DNA of 64,000 bases. Origin: Eledone cirrhosa. Its lineage: Eukaryota. The notes under the pieces were generated by a model that searched no databases, had not been told where the DNA came from, and saw only the letters and a program-made list of their open reading frames with translations. Shown piece by piece: positions 35,508 through 52,343 of the stretch. How positions within the stretch are numbered: position 1 is the stretch's first letter; every line of letters begins with the position of its first letter. The translations under genes and the position numbers were made by a program. Location: positions 4,650,001 to 4,714,000 of the forward strand of contig OZ024766.1 in NCBI GenBank assembly GCA_964016885.1, given 5' to 3'.

Positions 35508-35938
35508 ACATATACAGTATATATATATATACATACATATACAGTATATATATATATATACATATATATACATATACAGTATATATATATATATACATAT
35601 ATATACATATACAGTATATATATATATATACATATATATACATATACAGATATATACATATACAGTATATATATATATATACATATATATACATATACAG
35701 TATATATATATATATACATATATATACATATACAGTATATATATATATATACATATATATACATATATATACATATATACACATATATACATATATACAT
35801 ATATATACATATATACATATATATACATATATACATATATATACATATATACATATATACATATATATACATATATACATATACATACATATACATACAT
35901 ATATACATATACATACATATATACATATACATATACAT

Positions 35939-35995
<57 letters not shown>

Positions 35996-36164
35996 CATAT
36001 ATATATACATATATATATATACATATATATATATACATATATATATATACATATATATATATACATATATATATATACATATATATATATACATATATAT
36101 ATACATATATATATATACATATATATATATACATATATACATATATATATACATATATATATAC

Positions 36165-36219
<55 letters not shown>

Positions 36220-36226
36220 CATATAC

Positions 36227-36275
<49 letters not shown>

Positions 36276-36394
36276 CATAGATATATATATACATAGTAAT
36301 ACAGGGTACAGTAGTAATACAGTAATACAGGGTACCCGACCTCCCATGGGTACATGCTGAAGCATATAAACAATATGCCCCCCCCCCCCCCACC

Positions 36395-36659
36395 GCAAGG
36401 TGGTCGTGGAGGTGCCACGGCAAAAAAGCACCCAGCCCACACTGTAAAGTGGACGTGTAGGCGCCACGAAAAAGCACCCAGCACTCACTGTAAATGAGGT
36501 TGGTGTTAGGAAGGGCATCCAGCTGTAGAAATCAGGCCAGATCAGTTCCTGTATGAGCAAGGCATGGTCAGCCGACCAGACACTGCCCACAACAGGACAA
36601 CCCGTCTAACCCATGCTAGCGTGGAAGAACGGACGTAAAACGGTGATGATGATGATGAT
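36395..36659 (+). mobile_element. 5'-truncated SINE with (ATG)n tail
   Basis: Matches the body of the 21723 SINE and the tail type of 21471. Confidence 0.78.
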
Positions 36660-36848
36660 ATATATATATATATACACATATATATATATATATACACATA
36701 TACATATATATATATATACATATACATATATATATATATACATATATATATATATGTACATACTCCAGAAACTGTCGAGTGCTTTTATATCAGTTATAAA
36801 ATATTTACTCGTTGTAACCCAACAATCTTAAATAAAACTTTTGCATAC

Positions 36849-37105
<257 letters not shown>

Positions 37106-37106
37106 T

Positions 37107-37137
<31 letters not shown>

Positions 37138-37156
37138 TACATATATATACATATAT

Positions 37157-37903
<747 letters not shown>

Positions 37904-38348
37904 TATACATATATATATATACACATATATATATACACATATATATATATATATATACACATATATATACATATATATACACATATATATACATATATAT
38001 ACACATATATACACATATATATATATATACACATATATATACACATATATATATATATATACACATATATATACACATATATATATATATATACACATAT
38101 ATATACACATATATATATATATATACACATATATATACACATATATATATATATATACACATATATATACACATATATATATATATATACACATATATAT
38201 ACACATATATATACACATATATATATATACACATATATATATATATATACACATATATATATATATATACACATATATATATATACACATATATATATAT
38301 ACATACACATATCTATACACATATATATATACACATATATACATATAC

Positions 38349-38379
<31 letters not shown>

Positions 38380-38480
38380 TTTATATATACATATATATAT
38401 ACAGAAATATATACACATATACATATACATACATATATACATACATACATATATACATACATACATACATATATATATAC

Positions 38481-38511
<31 letters not shown>

Positions 38512-38534
38512 CATACATATATATATATATATAC

Positions 38535-38981
38535 GTGTGTCCTTCTTTCTGATGTTTCCCGTGTTTCGCTGCTATTTCTAGTGTCCATACATGCTAGAAA
38601 TAGCAGTCAAATACCAGCAAATACACCAAACAAACTGCACACCCGCAAAATTTTTGTCTCGATTTTTGCGATTAAGTAAGACAAGAGTTATCTTTCTTGG
38701 CAAATTGTTAAAAAACTTTTGCCTGGTTTTAAGCCAAAGTTTTTTAATGGCTGCCACTTCCGGTTTTTGATGTGCGTCTACAGGACTGCAGTAAACCTGC
38801 TAGAAATAGCAGTCATAGCAACTCACTCACATATATTTATTTATGAGGGATTCTCAACGTGGGGTGCACGCTCCACAGGGGATAATTTGAATATAATAGG
38901 GGTCAATTTGAAAGTGATATACTTCGTATATACATGTTATCGTGTATCTGGCAGCAACTACGAGAAGTTTGTTTACGTTTT
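38535..38981 (-). repeat. Inverted copy of 34773-35235
   Basis: See partner. Confidence 0.88.
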
Positions 38982-39187
38982 GGGGTCTGCTTTGATCATC
39001 GCTGCATCGCAGCTTTGTTTAAATAAAGGGTTTCTACTTTATATTACAGTAATAACACTTTTACAAGACTTGGATTGTTTTTATATTAAAGGGGGACATA
39101 AACATATTTTTAAATGTCGAGGTGGGGCGTTTTTTAAACTCTGAACTCAGCATTTTTCTGTTGTTCTCCGGGATTCTAGCAAAGTAT

Positions 39188-39245
<58 letters not shown>

Positions 39246-40502
39246 GGCAGTCAACCTCAGACTCGAAAAAGCCGCCGCTAATCGTGATCGTTGGGGTTAT
39301 AATTAGACTAAAGTGCTTCCACTGGGCACCATTAGCTGGTTGTGATCATTGGAGAATTCTTTCTGCGCTAAAAGAGCCTAGGACTAAAACATATATATAG
39401 AGATGTCGAAACGGCAGTAGCACAGCCGTTGGGGTCCTGAATGTTTTCACATCTATATATGTGTGTGTATTCTGCGACATTTATAATTACATAAGTAAAC
39501 ATATTTGAATAACAAAATTTGAGGTTTAAATACTTTATATTTTACCAATAACATACAGAAAGGCATGAACAACACCGCATGAACAACACCACATGTTAAT
39601 TACTTTAATATTGAAAGTAGGCTTATAAATATTAAATTCAGCAGATTTTTGTAGTCTACATGGTGGTCTGGTGGGTGATACCAGAGATCGTGGAGGTCAT
39701 AGTTTGGGGTTCAATCCTGCTCTGTATTACATGTAAGGTTTCCTGCTTTTTTTTTTTTTTTTTTTTTTTTATCTCTCGAAATAAAATATATACATAAGGT
39801 AATTTGGTAGACTTGTTAGAACATCAGATAGAATTCTTTGCAGTATTTTTCCAGTTCTTTACTCTGAGTTCAACTTTACCTTTCTTCCATTCGGTGTCGA
39901 TAAGTCTTGAATATGTCTAACGTAGCAATAACTGGAGCTACTTAACCAAGTTTTCCCAACCTAGTCGATGTCACCTACTGGTTGGCGATTTAAACTGTTG
40001 GGTGGGACAATGACCAACTAATCAGTCAGATTCCAACTCACTATGTCTGGCATATATTTTATACTTTATATTTGAATGAAGTTCTGTAAGTAACCTGGTG
40101 GCTTAGATGGCAATACTGCTCGAATAGATGGCTTCTATTATGAAGTTATAAGTTCATTCCCTATCCAGGATTGTAGAATTAATTTTATTTAGTTATTATT
40201 TAATCAATTGTTTTAACAAACAAATTATATCTATAAAACGCCAAATATAGTGAGTTCAAATCTGACTGACATGCATGGTATATATTTATGTTTCATTATA
40301 CAGCGACACAATACACAGGAACTTATAAAGATATGTATATATTGTCCAGGAGTTTCGAGTTTAGTGGGAATTGGTACAACTCTCAATTGGAGCTAGTCCC
40401 TGCAAGATCAGCATAAATAATGTTATACCTTTTCATGAAATCTTGCACACCCGATATTTTATACATGATTATTTAAAGGTGAACAAAAACCAAAGAACAT
40501 TG

Positions 40503-40660
40503 AGCAGCATTTCTCAACCTTTCTACCCATGTCGATCTCTTGAAATAGTTTTTATGTCTCAGGGAAGCCCTGCATAAAATATACTTTTTCTATCTCTAGA
40601 GCAGTGGTTCCCAAATCGTGTGCTGCGAGATGAAACTAGATGAGCTGCAAAAGACTAAGA
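40503..40660 (+). mobile_element. Possible hAT-type MITE termini
   Basis: cagcatttctcaacc and cagtggttcccaaa TIR-like motifs. Confidence 0.4.
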
Positions 40661-41089
40661 TTAAGTTTTAAGATGTGAAAAATATAAAACTGAAATTTCA
40701 TATAAAAGTTCAAATATAGCTACAGCCACAAACCTAGGCTCCACACCCCGCAACGCAGAGGAGAGTAAGATAGTACCGAGGCCTGACTCACCTCTTCCAC
40801 TCCATTGAGACCTCTGCCATACTTGGTCCCCCTACTGCTGATTTCCTCCATAAAGTCGGGAGGAAAGACGGCAGGAGCCTCGTGAGGAGGGGCGACTATT
40901 GTAGCAGGTGTCTCTGGCCTTGCTCCGAGGTAACGCTTTTACGTTTCTTCCACGGGTTGCGGCTGAGGGACCACTTAGACTGGGGTGAAGTGTCTGTCCC
41001 TTCCCCGATTTCTTACTTCTTTTTTTTTCTCCTTTTCATTTTCTTTTCTCTTCTTGCTTATCTCTGCTATACCACGGCATCAAAAACAT

Positions 41090-42950
41090 ATACATACACA
41101 CACACCTACACACATATACATACACACACAGACAGACACACATATACATATATACATACACACACACCTACACACACAGACAGACATATACATACACACA
41201 CACCTACACACACAGACAGACACACACACACATATACATACACACACACCTACACACACAGACAGACACACATATACATACACACACACCTACACACACA
41301 CCTACACACACAGACAGACACACACATATACATACACACACACCTACACACACACCTACACACACAGACAGACACACACACATATACATACACACACACC
41401 TACACACACACCTACACACACAGACAGACACACACACATATACATACACACACACCTACACACACACCTACACATACAGACAGACAGACACACATATACA
41501 TACACACACACCTACACACACAGACAGACACACACACATATACATACACACAGACAGACACACACACACCTACACACAGACAGACACACACACAGACAGA
41601 CACACACATACCTACACACACACAGACACACACACCTACACACACACAGACACACACACACCTACACACACACCTACACACACAGACAGAATAGCCATTA
41701 ACTTAATGTCACAAAGTCACATATTTACGTATTCAAGTAGTTATTGCAGGTCCCCTCCACTGGGCCACCAGTGGGGGGGGGGGACACGGACACACAGACA
41801 CACGGACACACACACACACCCCACCACACTACACCACACCACCACCACCACCAACACCACACCACCACCACCACCACACCACACTACCAACACTACACCA
41901 CCACACCACACTATACTACACCACACCACCACCACACCACACTATACTACACCACACCACCACCACACCACACCACCAACACTACACCACCAACACCACA
42001 CCACTACCCCAACACCACACCACCAACACTACACCACCACCACCACACTACACTACACCACCACCCCAACATCACACCACCAACACCACACCACCACAAC
42101 ACCACACCACCAACACTACACCACCAACACCACACCACCACACCAACACCACACCAACACCACACCACCACCCCAACACCACACCACCAACACCACACCA
42201 CCACCACCACACTACACTACACCACCACCCCAACACCACACCACCAACACTACACCACCACCACCACACTACACTACACCACCACCCCAACATCACACCA
42301 CCAACACCACACCACCACAACACCACACCACCAACACTACACCACCAACACCACACCACCACCCCAACACCACACCAACACCACACCAACACCACACCAC
42401 CACCCCAACACCACACCACCAACACCACACCACCACCACCACACTACACTACACCACCACCCCAACACCACACCACCAACACTACACCACCACCACCACA
42501 CTACACTACACCACCACCCCAACATCACACCACCAACACCACACCACCACAACACCACACCACCAACACTACACCACCAACACCACACCACCACCCCAAC
42601 ACCACACCAACACCACACCAACACCACACCACCACCCCAACACCACACCACCAACACCACACCACCACCACCACACTACACTACACCACCACCCCAACAC
42701 CACACCACCAACACTACACCACCACCACCACACTACACTACACCACCACCCCAACATCACACCACCAACACCACAACACCACACCACCAACACTACACCA
42801 CCAACACTACACCACCAACACCACACCACCACCCCAACACCACACCAACACCACACCAACACCACACCACCACCCCAACACCACACCACCAACACTACAC
42901 CACCACCACCACACTACACTACACCCCACCCCCACCCCACCCCACCCCTC
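41090..42950. repeat. (CA)-rich and (CAC/CAACAC) repeats with ~232-bp higher-order period
   Basis: Direct inspection; repeated ORFs offset by 232 bp. Confidence 0.85.
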
Positions 42951-43167
42951 AATCCCATCAATCTGTCTGTCAAGGCCATCCACAAACAATAAGTCTGAAA
43001 CAGGAGGTCACATGGGTCGTGTCACATGACCACAACATTACTGTGACATTATCAATACATTACTTTAATATCTGGAGATATTTAATAAGAGATCGACTTA
43101 GATAATTAACCTAATTAAGCCCCCCACCCCCCACCCCCTGCCCCTTCCCAATCACAACAAATCAAGT

Positions 43168-44021
43168 TAACCCTTTCGGTTTGGACCCACCAGAAATAGG
43201 TCCCTGGTTCACCATATCATTGAGGCGTTTACGTAAGAACCTTTGTTAAGTTATGTTCCAAACACCCCTGCTTCTATGATACGAAACTCTTCGTTTTAAA
43301 GTGTTTATATTTATCTGAAAACCTTTGTTAAGTTATGTTCCAAACACCCCTTGTTCTATGATACAAAACTGTTTGTAAGAACCTTTGTTAAGTTATGTTC
43401 CAAACACTCCTGCTTCTATGATACAAAACTGTTTGTTTTAAAGTGTTTATATTTATCTAAGAACCTTTGTTAAGTTATGTTCCAAACACCCCTGCTTCTA
43501 TGACACAAAACTGTTTGTAAGAACCTTTGTTAAGTTATGTTCCAAACACCCCTGCTTCTATGATACGAAACTCTTCGTTTTAAAGTGTTTATATGTATCT
43601 AAGAACCTTTGTTAAGTTATGTTCCAAACACCCCTGCTTCTATGACACAAAACTGTTTGTAAGAACCTTTGTTAAGTTATGTTCCAAACACCCCTGCTTC
43701 TATGATACGAAACTCTTCGTTTTAAAGTGTTTATATTTATCTAAGAACCTTTGTTAAGTTATGTTCCAAACACCCCTGCTTCTATGACACAAAACTGTTT
43801 GTAAGACCCTTTCTTAAGTTATGTTCCAAACACTCCTGGTTCTATGATACAAAACTGTTTGTAAGAACCTTTCTTAAGTTATGTTCCAAACACCCCTGGT
43901 TCTATGACACAAAACTGTTTGTAAGAACCTTTATTAAGTTATGTTCCAAACACTCCTGCTTCTGTTTGTTTTAAAGTGTTTATATTTATCTAAGAACCTT
44001 TGTTAAGTTATGTTCCAAACA
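43168..44021 (+). repeat. 60/82-bp satellite (12 units) following a TTAA-CCCTTT piggyBac-like end
   Basis: aagaacctttgttaagttatgttccaaacacccctgcttctatga units at 43235, 43317, 43377, 43459, 43519, 43601, 43661, 43743, 43803, 43863, 43923, 43992. Confidence 0.88.
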
Positions 44022-44111
44022 CGGGCGGTGGTGATGATGGTGGTGGTGATAAAAATGATAATAAATTGTCATTAAGTCATGGTGATTGAATGTAAAATAT
44101 GTTATATATAA

Positions 44112-44148
<37 letters not shown>

Positions 44149-44601
44149 ATACTTATATGTGTGTGTGTATATATATATGTGTGTGTGTAAATATATATAT
44201 ATATAGACATGCCTATAGGCATACAATCACAACACACATATATATATATACACACACACATATATACATATATATATATATATACAGACACATATATACA
44301 CATACACATATATATACACACACACACATATATACATACACACACACACACACATGTACACAGACAAACATACACACACATATATATATATATGCACACA
44401 CACACACACACACATACAGATCTGCACATGCCTACACACACACACACACACATCTGCACATGCCTACACACACACACATTTATATATACACACATATATA
44501 TATACATACACATATATATATACATACACATATATCTATATATACATACACATATATATAAATACATATATATATATATACACACACACATACACATGCC
44601 T

Positions 44602-44635
<34 letters not shown>

Positions 44636-44673
44636 TTATATATATATACACATATATATATATACACATATAT

Positions 44674-44714
<41 letters not shown>

Positions 44715-45151
44715 TACACACACACACACATATATACACACACATATATATATATATACACATATATACACACACACATATATATATATATACACATATA
44801 TACACACACATATATATATATATATACACATATATACACACACATATATATATATATACAAATATATACACATATACACACATATATATATACATATACA
44901 CACACATATATATATATATATACACATATATACACACACATATATATATATATATACAAATATATACACACACACATATACATATATATACACACATGTA
45001 CACACACACATATACACACACACATATATATATATATACACACATATATACACACACACATATATATATACACATATATACACACACACATATATATATA
45101 TATATACACACACATACACATATATATATATATACACACACACACATACAC

Positions 45152-45206
<55 letters not shown>

Positions 45207-45249
45207 CACACACACACACATACATATATATACACACACACACACATAC

Positions 45250-45306
<57 letters not shown>

Positions 45307-45319
45307 CACACACACACAC

Positions 45320-45440
<121 letters not shown>

Positions 45441-45795
45441 TATATACATATATATACACATATACACATATATATATATATATATATACAGCCAACAGCC
45501 ACACAAACACACCAGTGATCCCGGTGTACAGGATGGACGCCATTATCGTGTGATAAGCCCCAATATATCACGGCCATGTTGCTATCCCAGAATGCCATTC
45601 ATCATTTCCTGTGTTTCCTGTTTTCAAGGTTTTACCCGTCAAGTGTCCTCGTGTGATATGCCACAAACACCGCATCAATCAGGGGACAATCACACACCAG
45701 ATGGCAGCACAATCGCCATCAACAACATCATCATCATCGTTGTATATCTATTTTCTGGATTGCTATATATATATATGTATGTATGTATGTATGTG

Positions 45796-45831
<36 letters not shown>

Positions 45832-45834
45832 TGT

Positions 45835-45868
<34 letters not shown>

Positions 45869-45870
45869 GC

Positions 45871-45901
<31 letters not shown>

Positions 45902-45908
45902 TATATGT

Positions 45909-45942
<34 letters not shown>

Positions 45943-46031
45943 GTATGTATATATATATATATATATATAAATGTATATATATATATATATATATAAATGT
46001 ATATATATATATATATATATATAAATGTATA

Positions 46032-46082
<51 letters not shown>

Positions 46083-46377
46083 GTATATATAAATGTATAT
46101 ATATATATATATGTATATATATTTATATATAAATATCTATATATATATATATATTTATATATAAATATATATATATTTATATATAAATATATATATATTT
46201 ATATATAAATATATATACATATATATATATTTATATATAAATATATATGTATATATATTTATATATAAATATATATATATATTTATATATAAATATCTAT
46301 ATATCTATATATATATTTATATATAAATATATATATATATATATATAGATATATATGTACATATACATACATATATA

Positions 46378-46465
46378 ATTACATAATAAACAACATAATA
46401 TAATTATTCTATTACTAAAGGTTTCAGGAAATTAGACGATCCTTATCGTAACGTCCAGCTCTGTA
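46378..46465 (-). mobile_element. Family-B HHR 3' half
   Basis: Homologous to 7720-7805; inverted relative to 47200-47288. Confidence 0.7.
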
Positions 46466-46909
46466 TACATATATATATATAAATATATATACTCTTAAAT
46501 TCCAACGTAAAACCATATCTAGAATAAGTTTATTTTCCCTAATAAGGTGATGGTCAGTCGTACCGTCAACGCTTAGTGAGGGGTAATATTATGACCTGTA
46601 AAAACTAACACTCTCCCATCCCCTCTGGCTCTTGGCTGACTGCCACAGCCATGATGGGTAGCAGTAAAATATGGTAGAGGCATTGGTGGGCCATTGTTTT
46701 GGATGACAGGGTGAACTGACTAAGCAAATTTCGTTGAAATCTGCGGTGGCGAATGGTCAACTTCTTTCGGACATGCGCTTGCGCAGACCGGTGGGGGTGA
46801 ATTGGTACTCACAAGGGAGCGGATGAAAAACCCAAGAACACCCAATTCATCTGTTCCCTTGTCGATCCAATTTGGATTGCCTCGGAAACATAACCTTATC
46901 ATGTAACAA

Positions 46910-46983
46910 GCTGTCTGATGATGTCACGACACTCGCACACAGAACAGTGTGGCCAGTGTCGTCACTGAAATATATATCACAGC
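46910..46983 (+). ncRNA. Type I hammerhead ribozyme with long stem II
   Basis: GCTGT-CTGATGA-T-GTcACGACACT..CACAC/GTGTG..AGTGTCGTcAC-T-GAA-ATATATAT-C-ACAGC. Confidence 0.8.
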
Positions 46984-47199
46984 ATTATTATTAAAGTACC
47001 AGTAATGTACTGGGTATTTGCTGGCCTTGTGCCAATAGTAGAAACAATTATTAAAGGACTTGAACATCTGAAACTACTTCGCTTTTCCTTATTCTATATT
47101 TACTCCGTCACTCCTATGTGGAAAAAGTACGTTGAGTGCTTGAATTGAATTGCATCAATGTTTACCCTAAGTATATATATTTATATATATATATATATA

Positions 47200-47288
47200 C
47201 AGCCGGATGTTACGATAAGGATCGTCTAATTTCCTGAAACCTTTAGTAATGGAATAATTATATTGTGTTGTCTATTATGTGATTATAT
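47200..47288 (+). mobile_element. Family-B HHR 3' half
   Basis: gatcgtctaatttcct-GAAAC-cttta-GTA-atggaataatta. Confidence 0.7.
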
Positions 47289-47291
47289 ATA

Positions 47292-48182
47292 CAGGGTGTG
47301 GACGATATTTGTTTGCAATTTTCAACTGCTAATTTTATGCAAATTTTTTTTACTTCCGTTGTCACTCTTGTCTTCATAAAAACAGTGACTATATTTCCAT
47401 TATTTATTTTTAGAATAATTGATTATGAATAATTTTGAACCTCCAGATTTGTGGAAGAGACACAGAGTTCTTCTTGGAATCCGCGCCAGGAGGAGAAATA
47501 AGGACCAGAAGATCAACTCCCAGAACAACAGATGGCTCGCTGTCTCATCCAAAGACGTGCCCAGAGTCATGCAGACAAAGTTTCCAGCGACAACATTGGT
47601 CTTGGGTGTCGTCAGCAGTCAAGGTGACGTCATGCCACCTCACTTCTTCCCTGAGGGTCTCAAGCTGAACTCCGATGGCTACATCCACGTTCTGAGCGAG
47701 TTAGTAAAGCCCTGGATCAACCAGGTAGCTGCAGGTAGGCCGTACGTGTGGCAGCAAGACTCAGCGCCCTGCCATACCAGCCGAAAGACCCAAGCCTGGC
47801 TGTCAGAGAACTTCGTCGACCACATTTCACCTGACATCTGGCCTCCCAGCTCGCCTGACTGCAACCCCCTCGACTTCTTTGTGTGGGGCGCAGTGGAATG
47901 AGACACCAACAGATCTAGCTGCAATACGAAAGACGATCTGAAGGCCAGGATCACAAGTGCCTTTAGGGGCCTAAGTCGGGGGACAGTGACGAAGGCCTGT
48001 AGCCGGTTCCGAGGCCGCCTTGAGGCCGTCATCAAAGCCAATGGCGGGTTTATCGAGTGAGATCGAAAGAACAAGTCATGAAGACAAACTGACCCAAGTT
48101 GTATAAATATATCTTAAAAAATATAACTACTGTGTTATTTTTTTCCTAGACAGTAATCTTGCAAACAGATATCGTCCACACC

Positions 48183-48185
<3 letters not shown>
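47292..48185 (+). mobile_element. Internally deleted Tc1/mariner, DD37D (maT-type)
   Basis: 27-bp TIRs CAGGGTGTGGACGATATTTGTTTGCAA (1 mismatch), TA flanks; QQDSAPCH...WPPSSPDCNPLD with 37 residues between the Ds; stop at 47899; HTH and first D missing. Confidence 0.95.
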
Positions 48186-48231
<46 letters not shown>

Positions 48232-48362
48232 TATATATATATGCATATATATATATGCAAATATATATATATAAATATATATGCATATACATATATATAT
48301 ATATATATAACCATATACATATATATATACACACACATATATATATATATATACACACACAC

Positions 48363-48404
<42 letters not shown>

Positions 48405-48406
48405 GC

Positions 48407-48441
<35 letters not shown>

Positions 48442-48511
48442 TATATAAATGTATAAAAATATATATATCAATCACATAAATCATACAATCTGGCAAAGCA
48501 AGCATTAAATG

Positions 48512-48611
<100 letters not shown>

Positions 48612-48704
48612 GATATGTATATATATATATAGATATGTATATATATATATATATATAGATATGTATATATATATATAGATATGTATATATATATATATAT
48701 ATAG

Positions 48705-48735
<31 letters not shown>

Positions 48736-48968
48736 GATATGTATATATATATATAGATATGTATATATATATATATATATAGATATGTATATATATATAT
48801 ATATATAGATATGTATATATATATATAGATATGTATATATATATATATAGATATGTATATATATATATATATATAGATATGTATATATATATATAGATAT
48901 GTATATATATATATATATATAGATATGTATATATATATATAGATATGTATATATATATATATATATAG

Positions 48969-48999
<31 letters not shown>

Positions 49000-49134
49000 G
49001 ATATGTATATATATATATAGATATGTATATATATATATATATATATAGATATGTATATATATATATAGATATGTATATATATATATATATATAGATATGT
49101 ATATATATATATATATATATAGATATGTATATAG

Positions 49135-49241
<107 letters not shown>

Positions 49242-49307
49242 TATATATATATATATATATATTTTTATATATATATATATATATATTTTTATATATATAT
49301 ATATATA

Positions 49308-49473
<166 letters not shown>

Positions 49474-49657
49474 CATGAATGGATATATATATATATATAT
49501 ATAAATATATATATATATCCATTCATGTATACGGGTGTAAATAAATATACATTTAGGAAATATATAATATACACATGAATAGGCGTGTTTAATGTCATTG
49601 GAGCCAGTGATCTGTGTAATTACAGAGGGTTTGACTTCCACAGGGCATGTATGTATA

Positions 49658-49695
<38 letters not shown>

Positions 49696-49713
49696 CACAT
49701 ATATATCTGTGTG

Positions 49714-49757
<44 letters not shown>

Positions 49758-49973
49758 CGCATATATGTTTGTGTATATATATATATATACATATATATAA
49801 ATATACGCATATATGTATGTATATATATATATATATATGTATGTATATATATACACACGTGTGTATTTAATAAATGGGGTGTTGTTCTTCCAGGGAAATA
49901 ATAAAATCCATTAGTAAGTGCTGTTACACAATAAATATATATTACATTATATTTAATGGGTTATATCGATTAA

Positions 49974-50026
<53 letters not shown>

Positions 50027-50029
<3 letters not shown>

Positions 50030-50285
50030 CATCATTTTACGCCTGCTTTTCTCTGCTTGCAAGGGTGGGACGGGTCCTATTCAGCACAGCACCTCCCCAC
50101 TTGTCACAGTCCTTCGTCATCTCCCCTCGTGAGCTTCAGCTATCTAAGGTCTGTTCTCACCACCTCCGCCCATGTTTTTCATGGTCTTCCTCCACTGCGT
50201 CTTCCCTCCACTGGGATTTCCTGGCACTTCTTTACCCAGCGGTCATCCTCCATGTACATCACATGTCCATACCAACACAGTCTTT
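50027..50285 (-). mobile_element. RTE-type LINE 3' end
   Basis: Matches 12064-12316. Confidence 0.88.
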
Positions 50286-50307
50286 TATATATACATATAT
50301 ATATATG

Positions 50308-50347
<40 letters not shown>

Positions 50348-51193
50348 GACCAGGTACCTCCGTAAAAACACTTACACTTATTAGCAAGACATACCCGTTC
50401 CAAAGACCCTCATGTATAGATAAGAAATGTATAACCTGTAAAATAAGCCCCCATATTAACTGCAAAACTAGAAATGTAGTGTATAGCATAAGATGTACTG
50501 AAGGACAATGTAGAGACAAAAATATAGTGTACATAGGTGAGACAGCTCGTAGTATAGGGGAACGGATAAATGAACACTGGCGAGACCTTCAAGATAACAA
50601 AGAATCATCTGTACTCTACCAACATGCTAAAATAGAACACAAGGGTAAATTAGAGAACATAGAAATAAAAATAGAATCTACACACAGAAAAGATGCAATG
50701 TTTAGACAAATTACAGAGGCAATAAACATAAAAGAATTACAACCAAAATTAAATAGAAAATATGAGTGGAACAGCAACATCACAACTTACAATTAAGGAC
50801 AAAATGAAAACACACACACACATAGAACAAACAACCAACCAGTAACATGTAAATAAATAGATAAATGAACATAAACACACACAGACACCCGGATGTGGCG
50901 CATGCGCAGACTGAGCACACAACACACACACAGAAACAAAATGGCGTAGGACAGAACAAAGGAGAGGCACAGAAACAAAGAAAGGAATCCCCAGTCACTG
51001 AAGATGTCACAGAGTGTGTGACGAAAGGACTATGACTATATATAAACAACTATCTGATTGTGGAACCAACCAACCAACCAGAAATTTATAAATTTATAAA
51101 TTTGTAAATTTATAAATATATAATAAACTGAAGTGAAAGCAACTGGTGCGTGTGTTTCTTATTGGCAACATGACCCTCCCAAAGTATAACAAT
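50348..51193 (+). mobile_element. 5'-truncated Penelope-like element (GIY-YIG endonuclease plus HHR-bearing pLTR region)
   Basis: C..CITC..NCKTRNVVYSIRC...YIGETARSIGERINEH...HAKIEH...RQITEA..I..LQPKLN (frame open to 50796); flanked by (TA)n. Confidence 0.92.
50993..51037 (+). ncRNA. Minimal type I hammerhead of the Penelope-like element
   Basis: AGTCA-CTGAAGA-T-GTCACA gagtg TGTGAC-GAA-AG ga CT-A-TGACT. Confidence 0.82.
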
Positions 51194-51235
51194 ATATATA
51201 TATATATATATTTATATATGTATATATATATATAT

Positions 51236-52343
51236 ATAGTTAAGGCCAAGAGACAGACATGGAAAGAATGGAAGAACGGGGGGAGCAGGGTACATTACAT
51301 AGAGACCAAGAGGGAAGCTAGGCGACAAGTATACTTAGCTAGGAGGGAAGCAGAGGATAGAAAATTCAAGCATGTTTTGCAACGTGAGGACCAGAAACAG
51401 GAGGTGTTCAAGATTGCGAGGCAGTGTGTCAGAGATAGTTGTGATGTCATTGGAGAGAAGTGTATCCGGAATGATAAAGGTGAGCTTGCCCTCACAACTG
51501 CTGAGAAGAAAGATGCATGGAAGAGTCATTATGATAGATTACTAAATGAGGAGAATGCATGGGAAGAAGAGACCCTACCCCAAGTAGACCCTATAGAGGG
51601 GCCAGCAGTACAAGTCAGCAGCAGCGTAGTAAGTAAGGCAATCAAAGATATGAAGATGGGGAAGGCAACCGGTCCATCGGGTATAGCTGCCGAGATGCTG
51701 AAGGCATCTGGGTTTGTAGGTCATACTATAACCACACGTATTGTTAACCAGGTAATACTAGAAGGTGTCATACCAAAAGATTTGTGCAGTAGCATCATTG
51801 TCAACTGCTACAAAGGTAAAGGTGATGCACTCGATAGAGGAAACTATAGAGGTATAAAGCTGATGGACCAGGTCATGAAAGTAACAGAAAGAGTTATAGC
51901 AGAGTTGATTAGGGACCGGGTGAAACTAGATGAGATGCAATTTGGGTTTGTACCAGGAAGAGGCACCACTGATGCCCTCTTCCTTGTGAGGCAGTTACAG
52001 GAAAAGTACCTAGCTAAAAGTAAGCCACTCTACCTGGCATTCGTCGATCTCAAGAAAGCCTTTGACAGAGTTCCACGTGCTGTAATCTGGTGGGCTCTTA
52101 GAAAACTAGGAGTAGATGAATGGCTTGTGAAAGCTGTACAAGCTATGTATAGGGGAGCAGTCAGCAAAGTTAGGATTAGCAATGAGTATAGCGAGGAATT
52201 TAGCGTACAGGTCGGTGTCCACCAGGGCTCTGTTCTTAGCCCTCTCCTGTTCATCATAGTCCTGCAGGCAATAACGGAGAAGTTTAAGACCGGATGCCCA
52301 TGGGAAGTCCTGTATGCTGATGACCTCGCACTTATAGCTGAAC
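51236..52343 (+). mobile_element. RTE-type LINE reverse transcriptase fragment (open frame)
   Basis: KATGPSGI, YKGKGD, NYRGIKL, QFGFVPGRGTTDA, AFVDLKKAFDRV, GVHQGSVLSPLLF, LYADD; truncated at both ends. Confidence 0.95.
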
